DNA of 64,000 nucleotides. It comes from Candidatus Subterrananammoxibius californiae. GTDB taxonomy: Bacteria; Planctomycetota; Brocadiia; Brocadiales; Subterrananammoxibiaceae. The notes below the pieces were generated by a model. It made no database searches and had not been told where the DNA came from. It was given only the letters and a program-made list of their open reading frames with translations. Of the stretch, positions 10,181 to 21,273 are shown in pieces. The DNA lies in assembly GCA_030586555.1 (NCBI GenBank), contig JAURAC010000003.1, positions 32,001 through 96,000 on the forward strand, written 5' to 3'. A program made the translations under genes and the position numbers. The first letter of the stretch is position 1, and each line of letters starts with the position of its first letter.

Positions 10181-10642
10181 TTACAACCCGAATCTATATA
10201 CGAGATGTAACTTGACTTGTGTTTCTTTTTCGCTGACGGTAAATTTAACCTCATCCCATTTTGGATGCCGCTGTATTTTATTTATGTCAAGCCTTGAAAA
10301 ACCGATCGGTTCTTTCGGTATTCCCAGGATACCGCTGCGTTCTAACTCACCACTATTATTAAGATCATGATAGGCAGAAAGCGAGTACTCTGCGGACGCC
10401 ACATTTTTAATCTTGTATTTCCTGATACCTTCATTTTCTTCGATAAGTTGTGCTTCTATTTCTACATATCCTTTATCTTTTTCCCTATGACATTCTTCAC
10501 TATCGCAGATTGAAAAACGCACGGGAGCTTTGTTCCCGATGTCTGTAAACCTATCTACAACAACAATCACATCTCCGGCAAAAACACGGAACGAAAAGAG
10601 GACGCACAATAAACCTGTCCAAACAGCAATTTTTTTCTTCAT
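10181..10642 (-). CDS. DUF2141-family secreted protein
   Basis: Signal peptide; AYHDLNNSGEL...GIPKEPIGFS. Confidence 0.8.
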   Translation of the reverse strand: MKKKIAVWTGLLCVLFSFRVFAGDVIVVVDRFTDIGNKAPVRFSICDSEECHREKDKGYVEIEAQLIEENEGIRKYKIKNVASAEYSLSAYHDLNNSGELERSGILGIPKEPIGFSRLDINKIQRHPKWDEVKFTVSEKETQVKLHLVYRFGL

Positions 10643-10647
10643 CTTTG

Positions 10648-10971
10648 TTACCTTTCCCAAACAACTTTCATGAGATTGCTTCGTCGCTCCGCTCCTCGCA
10701 ATGACAAATGATGGTTTCTTACAAGCAGTTTTAAGCTTTTAACCTCCCCATTTGAAGCAATTGCAATGTTTGGAATAATGAGAAGGTTGCCGTCTCTAAA
10801 ATATTCAATGGACGGCACGAGGGCAACGTCTACCTCTCCACGCCTCAGCATTTCGGGAAGTAATGCTGGTACGGCAAAACACAGTTCAACCACATTTTTA
10901 TTATTCTCCAAGCCATAAATTAACGGCTTGGCATTCACATAAGGCACAACGCCAATCTTTATCTTTTTCAT
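10648..10971 (-). pseudogene. mqnA: 5' fragment of mqnA, truncated at a palindromic element
   Basis: First ~86 codons nearly identical to 22638-22895, then GTCATTGCGAGGAGCGG...GCAATCTC element. Confidence 0.85.
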
Positions 10972-11933
10972 ACGATAATCCTTGTTCCTGCAATGCCTTC
11001 AATAGCTTCACTGACCTTGTCAATAGATGTAATAATAGCCCATTCGCCTCCACCCTTTAAAAAACGCACTGCTGCGTCAATCTTGGGTCCCATACTCCCT
11101 GGTGGGAAGTGGCCTTCTTTTTCATAACGTACAGCCTCATCAATTGTAAGCACGTCGAGAGGCTTTTGCGATTGCGTCTTAAAATTTAGGTATACCTTTT
11201 CAACGTCCGTAAGCATCATCAGGTAGTTGGCTCTTATACTGAGGGCAAGCACGCTTGAGGCTAAATCCTTGTCTATCACCACGTCAACGCCTTCTAAATT
11301 CCCATTCTCCTCGATTACAGGGATTCCCCCGCCGCCTGCGGCGATTACTACCTCCCCTGCATCAAGAAGCCTTCTAACCGATTCCCTTTCTACTATTTCC
11401 AGTGGCATTGGAGAAGGAACAACCCTGCGGTAGCCACTCTGCCTGAGGCGGATATCCTCAACCATATTCCAACCACGTTCCCTGCTAAACCTTTCTGCTT
11501 GCTCTTTTGTATAGAAGGGTCCGATGGGTTTTGTTGGGTTGTGGAATGCAGGGTCGTGCTTATCAACGATTACCTGTGTAAGAAGGGTAACAACACACTT
11601 CTGGAATCCCTCCTTTCTCAAGCGGTTTACAAGGGACTGTTGAATCATGTAGCCCATAGCCCCTTCGGTATCCGCCACGCAAACACCTAAGGGAAGTTCT
11701 GGAACAAGGTTCCTTGCCGCCTCCACCTTGAGAAGTTCATTACCCACCTGGGGTCCGTTGCCGTGTGTGATTACAACCTCCAATCCGCCTGAGGCGGATT
11801 TAAGGCAGTACATTATGCCATCGAGGCTTTTTCGCGTATTCTCAAATTGCTCCTCAATTGTTCCCCTTTGCCCTTCCCGAATAAGGGCATTACCACCTAA
11901 GGCGATGACTATTATCTTTTTTTTGTACTTCAC
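10968..11933 (-). CDS. arcC: Carbamate kinase
   Basis: ALGGNAL, THGNGPQVG, PTKPIGPF, GGGGIPV, IDKD, GSMGPKI. Confidence 0.97.
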   Translation of the reverse strand: MKYKKKIIVIALGGNALIREGQRGTIEEQFENTRKSLDGIMYCLKSASGGLEVVITHGNGPQVGNELLKVEAARNLVPELPLGVCVADTEGAMGYMIQQSLVNRLRKEGFQKCVVTLLTQVIVDKHDPAFHNPTKPIGPFYTKEQAERFSRERGWNMVEDIRLRQSGYRRVVPSPMPLEIVERESVRRLLDAGEVVIAAGGGGIPVIEENGNLEGVDVVIDKDLASSVLALSIRANYLMMLTDVEKVYLNFKTQSQKPLDVLTIDEAVRYEKEGHFPPGSMGPKIDAAVRFLKGGGEWAIITSIDKVSEAIEGIAGTRIIV

Positions 11934-12032
11934 TTACCTTTTTGGATTTCTTAGTAGACAACGATGTTTATCATCGTTGAAATCAACGGACATAAAGCTG
12001 CAAGCCCGCCATTTTGGGGGTGGGTCCGTTGT

Positions 12033-13346
12033 CTACCCACTGAATTTCTCAAGCACATCGCTTAAATTAGGTCTGCCAATTTCCTCGATATCATATACAG
12101 CCCTTACAGATGGTTTATTAATCTTTATGACCTTTCTTAGGTCAACGGGGGTACCGATAATGACGGCGTCACAATCTGTGCGATTAATGGTCTCCTCAAG
12201 CTCTTTTATTTGTTGGGGACCGTACCCCATTGCAGGAAGCAGGTTGCCAATATTTGGGAATTTTTCAAATGTTTCTATTATGCTGCCAACGGCAAATTGT
12301 CGTGGGTCAACCAAATGTGCCCCATATTTTTCTGCTGCGATGGTTGCGGCGCCGTATCCCATCCCACCATGGGTCAAGGTTGGGCCGTCTTCTATGGCTA
12401 AAACTTTTTTCTCCCTTATAATTTCTGGTTCTTCAATAGATACTGGTAAAGCGGCATCAATGATTATGGCGTCTGGATTTTCCCATTTAGCGTGCCCCTT
12501 TACTGATTCTATATTTACCTTAGTGGCTGTATCCTCCTTGCTGACCATTATCACATCTGCCATAAGGAGATTGGTTTCCCCAGGATAATACGTCAACTCG
12601 TCGCCAGCTCGATGGGGGTCAACAAGTGTAATTAAAATATCTGGCAGTAAAAAAGGCATATCGTTATTTCCTCCATCCCAGACTATCATATCTGCCTCTT
12701 TTTCTGCCTCTCTTAAGATTGTTTTGTAATCTACGCCTGCATATACAACAGTGCCTCGGTCTATATGAGGGAAATATTCTTCCATTTCTTCTATGGTGCA
12801 ATTGTTTTTTACCAAATCTTCGTATGTGGCGAACCGCTGCAACTTCTGCCTTGCTAAATCACCGTAAGGCATAGGGTGGCGGACAACAACAACCCTTTTA
12901 CCTATATCCTTGAGTATTTTACATACCTTTCGAGAAACAGCGCTTTTACCACACCCGGTTCTGACGGCACAAACCGCAACAACCGGGACGTTACTCTTTA
13001 TCATGGTGCGTCTGGTGCCCATTACAGTGAAGTTTGCGCCTGCTGCCATCACCTGGCTTGCCTTGTGCATTACATAGTTATGCGAGATGTCGCTGTATGA
13101 AAAGATTACCTCATCAACATTGTGTTTCTTGATGAGCCCTATTAAATCTTCCTCAGGGTGGATTGGGATGCCATCCGGATACAATGAGCCAGCCAATTCG
13201 GCTGGATACAACCTATGCCCAATATTGGGTATCTGGGTAGCGGTAAAAGCTACAACTTCACAAGCTTCGTTACTTTTGAAGCATACATTAAAATTATGAA
13301 AATCCCTGCCTGCGGCGCCCATTATGATTATTTTCGTTCGTTTCAT
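12033..13346 (-). CDS. cDPG-synthetase-like P-loop protein; probable arginine synthetase (ArcE family)
   Basis: MGAAGRDFHNFN, RTGCGKS, RHPMPYG, DGGNND, EDGPTLTHG; adjacent to arcC. Confidence 0.75.
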   Translation of the reverse strand: MKRTKIIIMGAAGRDFHNFNVCFKSNEACEVVAFTATQIPNIGHRLYPAELAGSLYPDGIPIHPEEDLIGLIKKHNVDEVIFSYSDISHNYVMHKASQVMAAGANFTVMGTRRTMIKSNVPVVAVCAVRTGCGKSAVSRKVCKILKDIGKRVVVVRHPMPYGDLARQKLQRFATYEDLVKNNCTIEEMEEYFPHIDRGTVVYAGVDYKTILREAEKEADMIVWDGGNNDMPFLLPDILITLVDPHRAGDELTYYPGETNLLMADVIMVSKEDTATKVNIESVKGHAKWENPDAIIIDAALPVSIEEPEIIREKKVLAIEDGPTLTHGGMGYGAATIAAEKYGAHLVDPRQFAVGSIIETFEKFPNIGNLLPAMGYGPQQIKELEETINRTDCDAVIIGTPVDLRKVIKINKPSVRAVYDIEEIGRPNLSDVLEKFSG

Positions 13347-13358
13347 AGTTTTTGGGTT

Positions 13359-14813
13359 TTAGAGATTAGCTCTATAGTAAGGAAGAGATAGCTTGCGTCC
13401 TGAAAGAGGTGAACGACGATGTTCTCTCAACATGACATCGTCGTTTGCAACGGTTCCATCATGGTGATGAGCAAGTCTGAGGGAATTGAAGGCTCGTATT
13501 ACTCTTTCTAACGCAGACTTGCCTGTCTGCCGTGCCAACGGCACAGGCAGGCTTTTTTCCTCATGCCACAACCTCAATGCTGTCGCAGCTTCTAATAACA
13601 GCCCTTTCTGCCTCTCAGTAAAGACAACCGCCCTGCCAGGGACGTATTTGATGTAATCGGCAAATCTTGCAACCAGTCGTTTCTTGAGTTCGGGAATCCC
13701 TGTGCCATTTAAGGCAGATATTTGGCAGATAGGTACAGAGAAATGGGGTTGTAATTCAGAAATATTCAGTGCGGAAAAAAGGTCTATTTTATTTACAACG
13801 GGAATAGTTTCCACCCTCCCCAAAGACGGCGGGCTTTCAGCTTCAAATCCCCCCTTCCCACCTTTACTAAAGGGGGGTATAGGGGGGATTCCGAGAGATT
13901 TGATAATCATGAGATCGTCTTCATTCTGTGGTCTTGAGTTGTCAAAAACAATTACGGCTATATCTGCAGCTAAAAGCCTGCGTAATGATTCATTGATTGC
14001 AAGACCTTCAATTGCATCGTTAGTATTCCTGATTCCTGCTGTGTCTGTTAACTCAAGGGGTATTCCGTCAACGGAGATAATGTCTGTTACGGCATCCCTC
14101 GTTGTGCCTGGCTCGTGGTGAACGATAACACGCTCCTTGCCAAGCAGGGCGTTAATAAGGGTTGATTTGCCGGCATTGGGACTGCCTGCAATAGTTACCT
14201 TTAGTGGATGAGACAGGGCAATGCCAAATTCAGCAGTCTTAAGCAACCCTTCAATTGCGGAATACGGAATGCGGAATGCGGAATTATTCTGCTTTTGGCA
14301 TTCCGAAATCCGCAATCCACATTCCGCAATAGCAGTTGATAGCGCCCCTTTGTACTGGTCAAGAAAAACCTTTGCAGCAAGGGTTGTTTTTGCCTTTATG
14401 AGTTCCAATAGGGCTTCCTGTTGAGTAGCATCTATTTTATCATTCTCAAAGGATTGAGCGACGAGTTTTTGCCAATCAACCTCAATAGCTCCCTCATCTT
14501 TGATGCAATCGAGCACACGACGTGTTGCTAAGATGCCCCCATGGCAATTAATCTGTACAGACGCAAGATTTTGCGTTTCTACACTTCTTGTAACACTTAC
14601 AATTGCCTCGTCAATGGTTGTACCATTGTCTTCAATCGTACCGTAATAGAGCCTTCCATCCCCGGCTCGGCTTAAATCCTTTATACCTTTGCCCCTGAAA
14701 ATCTTATTAACGATTTCAATAGAGGATGCGCCGGATACATGGATGACGCTTATTCCCCCTTCGCCTATGGGGGAGGTAATGGCTGCGAAGGTTCTTTTAT
14801 TCATCTTAGACAA
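13359..14813 (-). CDS. MnmE/TrmE-like GTPase lacking the C-terminal CxGK motif; several palindromic inserts
   Basis: NCHGG, GSPNAGKS, PGTTRD, DTAG, NKID. Confidence 0.8.
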   Translation of the reverse strand: MSKMNKRTFAAITSPIGEGGISVIHVSGASSIEIVNKIFRGKGIKDLSRAGDGRLYYGTIEDNGTTIDEAIVSVTRSVETQNLASVQINCHGGILATRRVLDCIKDEGAIEVDWQKLVAQSFENDKIDATQQEALLELIKAKTTLAAKVFLDQYKGALSTAIAECGLRISECQKQNNSAFRIPYSAIEGLLKTAEFGIALSHPLKVTIAGSPNAGKSTLINALLGKERVIVHHEPGTTRDAVTDIISVDGIPLELTDTAGIRNTNDAIEGLAINESLRRLLAADIAVIVFDNSRPQNEDDLMIIKSLGIPPIPPFSKGGKGGFEAESPPSLGRVETIPVVNKIDLFSALNISELQPHFSVPICQISALNGTGIPELKKRLVARFADYIKYVPGRAVVFTERQKGLLLEAATALRLWHEEKSLPVPLARQTGKSALERVIRAFNSLRLAHHHDGTVANDDVMLREHRRSPLSGRKLSLPYYRANL

Positions 14814-14977
14814 AACCTCATTAATAGACGTCCATTATAATAACCATGTCAAAAGTTTGTCAATACGAATCCTTACCTGCATTTCAAATTCACTTGACCT
14901 GGCACACTTTTTTGTTTAATATAAAATAAAACACGCATTTGTAACACCCATAGGGTTACCCTTTGTTTATCACATCA

Positions 14978-17900
14978 ATGAAAGATATTCTGAAATTATT
15001 ACAGCAATCTGATTCGTTTAAGAGACTGAAAGAGGATTTAGGCAAGGGCACAAACTGCTGGGCAAGCGGTCTCTGGGGCTCATCCGCTGCTTACCTGCTT
15101 TCTGCCATTGCGGAAGATTCATTCATTTCTTACATCTTACTCATCACCCCGACTGTGGATGATGCTGAGGAAAGTTTTCAAGATATAAATCTCTTTTCTA
15201 CTGGTAAAGAGCTTCTTTTCCCTGTACGAGAGGATATACCTTCCTCTACAATGGGTGGAATGGAGGATGTGGGGCGGTTAAATGTCTTGCAAATCCTCGC
15301 AACAGAGTCGCTATTTCGAGACTCAAGACTCAAGACTCGGGACTCAAGACTTATAGTAGCGCCGATTCAAGCCCTCTTGCAAGACGTTCCTTCAAGGGAG
15401 AACTTGCTTGCCAACTCGCTTGTGGTCAGAAAGGGGGAGGAATATACATTAGAAAAGGTGCTTGAGTGGGTAAAAGCACAAGATTTTACACGTGTTCCGT
15501 TTGTTGAGATGCCCAGGGAATTTAGCCTTCGTGGAGGTATTCTCGATATATATCCACATTCATCCAGCGTTCCTTATCGAATTGAATTCTTTGGCGACAC
15601 GATTGAGTCCTTAAGGGAGTTTAATGTAGAGACCCAGACTTCTGAAAGGGAAGTAGAGCAATGCCAATTTCTTGGCGTGGTAGATAGCCATACGTCCCAG
15701 CGTAATGAAACCCTGCTTGATTATCTTCCCGAAGATACATTAATTGTGCTAAAGGAACCACAGGCTATAGAGACAAAGGCAGGAATGATTCACGAATTAC
15801 CATTGTGTAGCTTTAGCTATGAAACCCTGAAGGGTAAATTTCATCGCCATACAAGCCTGAACCTTTCGTGCCTTCCAATTGTAGAAGAATTAAACAGCTA
15901 TATTTTCAACGTTGCCTCCATAGAACACTTTAAAAACGTAGTTAATAAAGAATCATCTTCGAGTATTACTACAATTATAAAAGAACTTTCAGACGTATGC
16001 GGTTTAAACGCCCGCACCATCGTGTTCTGCAACAACGAGGCGGAGAAGCAAAGGCTTCATGAGCTTTTGGAAGACACAGCGCCTCATTTAGAAAAAAGAC
16101 TCGAATTGCGGATTGGACGTTTGTCCCACGGCTTCCAGTTCAGGGATATTTCTATTGCGCTTCTTCCTCATCATGAGATTTTCAAGAGATACAAGCAAAG
16201 GAGAGAGCCTAAGAAGCCCCTCCCTGGCAGGGCAATTGACTCATTCCTTGAGCTTGAGAAGGGTGATTACGTTGTTCACGCCGCACACGGGATAGGAAAA
16301 TTTCTCGGCATTGAAATCCTCGCCCAAAATATTGCCTGCCCGCCATCTTTTGGGTGGGGCGAGTCCGCCTATCCCTTGGGTGGACTTGAAGAAGAGGGAC
16401 AGAAGCGAGAGTATCTTATAATAGAATTTGACGAAGGGACCAAGGTCTACGTACCGGCAACCAGGATTGAGCTTGTGCAAAAATACATTGGCGGTACAGA
16501 GCGCATTCCCAGGTTGAGTAAGGTCGGCGGGCAGGCATGGGTGAAGAGAAAACAACACGTCGAAAGAGCCGTTACTGACCTTGCAAGCGAACTCCTTCAT
16601 ATCCAGGCTATAAGGAATGCAATGCCTGGCATAGCCTATCCACATGATAGTGACTGGCAGCGGGAGTTTGAGGCAGAGTTTATATACCAGGAGACTGAAG
16701 ACCAGCTCAATGTGGCAGAGGAGATTAAAAAGGACATGGAATCACCAAGGCCTATGGACAGGTTAATCTGCGGCGACGTTGGTTATGGCAAGACGGAGCT
16801 TGCAATCAGGGCAGCCTTTAAGGCTGTAATGGCTGGCAAACAGGTTGCTGTGCTTGTCCCAACAACCATCCTTGCACAGCAGCACTACCGCACATTCTCA
16901 GAGCGCATGGCAGATTATCCAATTCAGATTAATGTCCTCAGTAGATTCAAAACACATAAGGAACAAAAAGAAATATTAGAAAGGGCTGAAAAAGGACAGG
17001 CAGACATCGTTATAGGGACGCACAGATTAGTGCAAAAGGACGTCCATTTCAAGGATTTGGGTTTAGTTATAATAGATGAGGAGCAAAGATTTGGTGTAGA
17101 ACATAAGGAGCGGTTAAAAAGGCTTAGAAGCACGGTGGACGTTCTTACGCTTACTGCGACTCCTATACCCCGCACGCTTCACATGTCATTACTTGGAATA
17201 AGAGACATTTCGACCTTAAACACCCCACCACAGGACAGGCTCTCCATCTATACCCAGCTCATGCGCTTTGAGCTTGAAAGCATAAGGCAGGCAATCCTTC
17301 ACGAATTAAACCGCGACGGGCAGGTGTATTTTGTCCACAATAGAATATATAATATAGAGCGTATTGCTGAAACACTATCAAAGATTGTCCCGGAGGCAAA
17401 GATAGCGGTTGCGCATGGTCAGATGCCTGTGCATATGCTCGAAAGGCGGATGCTTGAGTTCGTTGATAGGAAATTTGATATACTGGTTTCCACAACAATT
17501 ATAGAATCCGGGCTTGACATTCCCACCGTTAATACAATCTTCATTAACTGTGCAGAGACGTTTGGTCTTGCAGATTTGCATCAATTGCGAGGCCGTGTGG
17601 GACGTTACAAACACCGCGCATACGCATATCTTCTAATCTCTTCAGACCGCCCGATTACTCCTGAGGCGGAGAAAAGGCTCAAGGCAATAGAAGAGTTTGC
17701 GGAACTTGGCGCTGGTTTTAAGATTGCTATGCGTGACCTTGAGATTCGCGGGACGGGAAACATACTGGGTACGGAACAGCACGGACATATTGTTGCCGTA
17801 GGATATGAGATGTACTGTCGTTTTCTTGAAATGGCTGTTAAAAGGGCAAAGAATGAGCCTGTAACAGTGCCAATAGACGTTTCAATAGCGCTTAATCTAA

Positions 17901-18292
17901 ATTCATACCTGCCTGACGATTATATCCCTGACAGCAGGCAGAAAATGGAAATCTACAGGAAGTTGAATCGTTCAAGTACTGTTGATGAGCTAAATGAAGT
18001 CAAGGAGGAATTGAAGGACAGGTTCGGACCCCCTCCGCTGCCTGTCAAGCATCTGTTTGCCGAGAGTGAGCTACGGATTGCCGCACAGGCGTCAAAGATA
18101 CAGTCACTCGCACGGGTAAATGGGAAGATTATCCTTCGATTCTTAGATTTTAAAAAGGTAGAAAGGTATCTTAAACCTCTGAAAAATAGGGTACGCATAA
18201 TCAACGAAGATACACTCCATCTACATCTTCCACGAAAAAATATTTCACCAGAAGATACTGTAAATTTTCTTAAGAAAATACTAACACCATGA
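14978..18292 (+). CDS. mfd: Transcription-repair coupling factor
   Basis: GDVGYGKTE, DEEQRFG, TATPIPRT, QLRGRVGR, TRCF C-terminal domain. Confidence 0.98.
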   Translation: MKDILKLLQQSDSFKRLKEDLGKGTNCWASGLWGSSAAYLLSAIAEDSFISYILLITPTVDDAEESFQDINLFSTGKELLFPVREDIPSSTMGGMEDVGRLNVLQILATESLFRDSRLKTRDSRLIVAPIQALLQDVPSRENLLANSLVVRKGEEYTLEKVLEWVKAQDFTRVPFVEMPREFSLRGGILDIYPHSSSVPYRIEFFGDTIESLREFNVETQTSEREVEQCQFLGVVDSHTSQRNETLLDYLPEDTLIVLKEPQAIETKAGMIHELPLCSFSYETLKGKFHRHTSLNLSCLPIVEELNSYIFNVASIEHFKNVVNKESSSSITTIIKELSDVCGLNARTIVFCNNEAEKQRLHELLEDTAPHLEKRLELRIGRLSHGFQFRDISIALLPHHEIFKRYKQRREPKKPLPGRAIDSFLELEKGDYVVHAAHGIGKFLGIEILAQNIACPPSFGWGESAYPLGGLEEEGQKREYLIIEFDEGTKVYVPATRIELVQKYIGGTERIPRLSKVGGQAWVKRKQHVERAVTDLASELLHIQAIRNAMPGIAYPHDSDWQREFEAEFIYQETEDQLNVAEEIKKDMESPRPMDRLICGDVGYGKTELAIRAAFKAVMAGKQVAVLVPTTILAQQHYRTFSERMADYPIQINVLSRFKTHKEQKEILERAEKGQADIVIGTHRLVQKDVHFKDLGLVIIDEEQRFGVEHKERLKRLRSTVDVLTLTATPIPRTLHMSLLGIRDISTLNTPPQDRLSIYTQLMRFELESIRQAILHELNRDGQVYFVHNRIYNIERIAETLSKIVPEAKIAVAHGQMPVHMLERRMLEFVDRKFDILVSTTIIESGLDIPTVNTIFINCAETFGLADLHQLRGRVGRYKHRAYAYLLISSDRPITPEAEKRLKAIEEFAELGAGFKIAMRDLEIRGTGNILGTEQHGHIVAVGYEMYCRFLEMAVKRAKNEPVTVPIDVSIALNLNSYLPDDYIPDSRQKMEIYRKLNRSSTVDELNEVKEELKDRFGPPPLPVKHLFAESELRIAAQASKIQSLARVNGKIILRFLDFKKVERYLKPLKNRVRIINEDTLHLHLPRKNISPEDTVNFLKKILTP

Positions 18293-18407
18293 CAACTTAC
18301 AACGTATGTAGACAACGAGGTTCGGGTGCCCGCCTTGCGGGCGCGTTGATTCATTCAACTAACATAAAGTTCGTTGTCTACCATGAACATAAGTAAGGAG
18401 GGAGTTA

Positions 18408-19388
18408 ATGCTAAAATTTAGCAATGTAGTTTTGTTATGCGGTTTCATAGTGTTTTGCGTGGGTACAAGACCTGCAACTGCCGATAAAGCAGGCGCAATA
18501 GTTGCCGTTGTTAATGATGAGATAATAACAGAATACGATGTTGCAAAGCGGGCTGCAATTGCAGTTGTAGAGGCAGAAAAAAAATACAGTGGTGCTGAAT
18601 TAGACCAGATAAAACGTCAACTGGCCCAGGAAGTCATTAATGAACTAATTGACCGGAAGGTGCTTGTAATTGAAGCCGAACGTGTCTTTGGCGGCGATGA
18701 GTCTAAGAAAGAAGAGATTAATAAGGAGTTGGATTCTTTCCTTAAAGGAGCCGTCAGAGAGGTAGGTTCTATTAGCAAGTTCTACGAGATTGCAAACAGT
18801 CAAGGGATTAATCCTGCCGAAAAGAAGGTGGAATTACGGGAGGACTTAATGATTGACAAAATCATGCGTGAGCATGTTTATACAAAGGTGTCCGTACCAC
18901 CAAAGGATGTCAGAAAATATTATAATGAGCACATTAAGGAATACCAGGAAGAAAAGAGGGTGAAATTACGACACATACTAATAAAGTTTTCAGGGTATAA
19001 TACAAAGGAAGATGCAAAATGGATGGCAAAGCAACTGTTAGGCAGATTGAAGCAAGGTGAGGACTTTGCAACCCTGGCAGAAAATTATTCTCAGGAACCG
19101 AGCGCTTTAAGGGGTGGTTTGTGGGATTTCGATGAGGTTGATAGTTTACGCAAAGAACTAAGGGATGAGGCGTTTCGGATGAAGGATGGCGAGATAAGCC
19201 CCATTCTCGAATCGTCGGTTGGCTACCATATAATCAAGATTGAGGAAAGTAAGCCTACCATAGTACGCAGTTTTCAATCCGTTCAGGAGGAAATCTTCCA
19301 CAAACTCGAACAAGAGTATTCAAATAATCTAAAAAAAGCATACATAGAAAGACTGAAACAAAATGTTGTAATAAAGAGGTTTGATTAA
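18408..19388 (+). CDS. SurA/PrsA-type peptidyl-prolyl isomerase
   Basis: Signal peptide, IVAVVNDEIIT, RHILI, FATLAENYS, GYHIIK parvulin motifs. Confidence 0.9.
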   Translation: MLKFSNVVLLCGFIVFCVGTRPATADKAGAIVAVVNDEIITEYDVAKRAAIAVVEAEKKYSGAELDQIKRQLAQEVINELIDRKVLVIEAERVFGGDESKKEEINKELDSFLKGAVREVGSISKFYEIANSQGINPAEKKVELREDLMIDKIMREHVYTKVSVPPKDVRKYYNEHIKEYQEEKRVKLRHILIKFSGYNTKEDAKWMAKQLLGRLKQGEDFATLAENYSQEPSALRGGLWDFDEVDSLRKELRDEAFRMKDGEISPILESSVGYHIIKIEESKPTIVRSFQSVQEEIFHKLEQEYSNNLKKAYIERLKQNVVIKRFD

Positions 19389-19448
19389 AGCTTACAAGCT
19401 AACAGGCTTGCAAGCTTGCCAGCTTGTAGGAATTTTAGCTTGCTTGCT

Positions 19449-19490
19449 AATTATTGACTTCCAAATTACGCATAGTGTCCATAGAATTAC
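19449..19490. repeat. GGGACAC/GTGTCC REP-like palindrome (right half); fuller copies at 20081-20138 and 20825-20887, right half at 41972-41999
   Basis: Shared AATTACGYAYRGTGTYY...GAATT and GGGACACC...CTTAAT arms. Confidence 0.85.
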
Positions 19491-19536
19491 CAAATAATAA
19501 GCCGTTTTCTGATATATTATCTGTTATAATGATTGA

Positions 19537-20062
<526 letters not shown>

Positions 20063-20201
20063 CTTAGTCGTTAGACGTCTAATTCTTGGGACACCGTTAC
20101 TTAATCATTGACTTTCAAATTACGCATGGTGTCTTCAGCACTCTATACAAATTCTTAAAATTTGTATTGATAATGGTATAACCATATGTAATACTTATAA
20201 T

Positions 20202-20450
20202 ATGAAAACAGCTATATCAGTGCCAGATGAATTGTTTAAAAAAATTGAAAAGATAGCAAAGGAGTATAATTACTCCCGAAGTGAACTGTTTACCATTGCC
20301 GCCAGAGAATTTATTGAAAAGATAAAATCAAGAAAATTGTTAGATGCCATTAATGAGGCATATTCAGATGTTGAAATAGAGGAGGAGACCTCATTAAGGC
20401 GAAAAAGTAAAAAATATTATGCTCATAAAATTTTAAAGGAGAGGTATTGA
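20202..20450 (+). CDS. RHH antitoxin (CopG/MazE-type)
   Basis: MKTAISVPDELF...SRSELF; coupled to MazF. Confidence 0.88.
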   Translation: MKTAISVPDELFKKIEKIAKEYNYSRSELFTIAAREFIEKIKSRKLLDAINEAYSDVEIEEETSLRRKSKKYYAHKILKERY

Positions 20451-20800
20451 ATATTAAACAAGGGGATATTTGCTGGATTGATTTAGGTATTCCTAAGGGC
20501 TCAGAGCCAGGGTACAGGCATCCCCACGTTGTCGTACAAAATAATGTTTTTAATGAAAGCAGGATTAATACGGTAGTAGTTTGTGCAATAACATCTAATC
20601 TTAAAAGAGCAAAATCACCTGGTAATGTCCTCCTTAAGAAAGGCGAGGGTGGACTAAAAAATGATAGTGTAGTAAATATATCTCAGATTATAACTATTGA
20701 TAAATCCGATATTGAAGAAAAGATTGGTTCCCTGCCAGTATCAAAGGTCAAGCAGATAATAGAAGGCGTAAAGTTATTAATAGAACCAAGAGAAATTTAA
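20447..20800 (+). CDS. mazF: PemK/MazF-family toxin
   Basis: GSEPGYRHPHVVVQNN, AITSN, SVVNISQIITIDK. Confidence 0.92.
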   Translation: MNIKQGDICWIDLGIPKGSEPGYRHPHVVVQNNVFNESRINTVVVCAITSNLKRAKSPGNVLLKKGEGGLKNDSVVNISQIITIDKSDIEEKIGSLPVSKVKQIIEGVKLLIEPREI

Positions 20801-20887
20801 GCTTCCGATAAATGTTTTTTTACGAAATCCTGGGACACCATGCTTAATTATTAACTTCCAAATTACGTACGGTGTTCACGGAATTAC

Positions 20888-21009
20888 AGAATTACCAAAT
20901 AATAAGCCGATTGACTGACATATTATCTGATATAATTATTGAGGGAAGGCAGAAATGGAATTGGATAAGGATTATAAGTGCGCGTCTTACGACCCGCAGT
21001 AAAAGGAGA
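20888..21009 (+). pseudogene. Internally deleted remnant of a second brnT cassette
   Basis: Copy of the brnT promoter/RBS/ATGGAATT joined directly to the brnT 3' end (ataaggattataagtgcgcgtcttac). Confidence 0.8.
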
Positions 21010-21099
21010 TGATATGATAAAAATAGTTGGTGATCGTTCCAGATAAATGTTAGAAAAAGCATTTATCTGGAGTAGATAGGTTATAGGCTGTATTTTAAT

Positions 21100-21260
21100 T
21101 TAGGGCAAAGACCCTGTAAAGGAGATTGGTCAAATCTGCCTATAACCGAAGCGTCACCATATGGCTTGACCCTGAATAGGAGGATGGTGGTCACCGACAA
21201 GCAGTCTACTCCAAAAACAATTAACAAGGTATCCTTAGCCGAAGGCGACGGAATACCAAG
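21100..21260 (+). ncRNA. Candidate IS110 bridge/seek RNA
   Basis: Structured non-coding region with 9-nt matches to the reconstructed target (21139-21147, 21176-21184). Confidence 0.55.
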
Positions 21261-21273
21261 GAGGAGAAAAGCA

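Noticed and set aside
11728..12588. 286-aa plus-strand ORF and many similar short ORFs
   Set aside because: Antisense to well-supported genes, with no motifs
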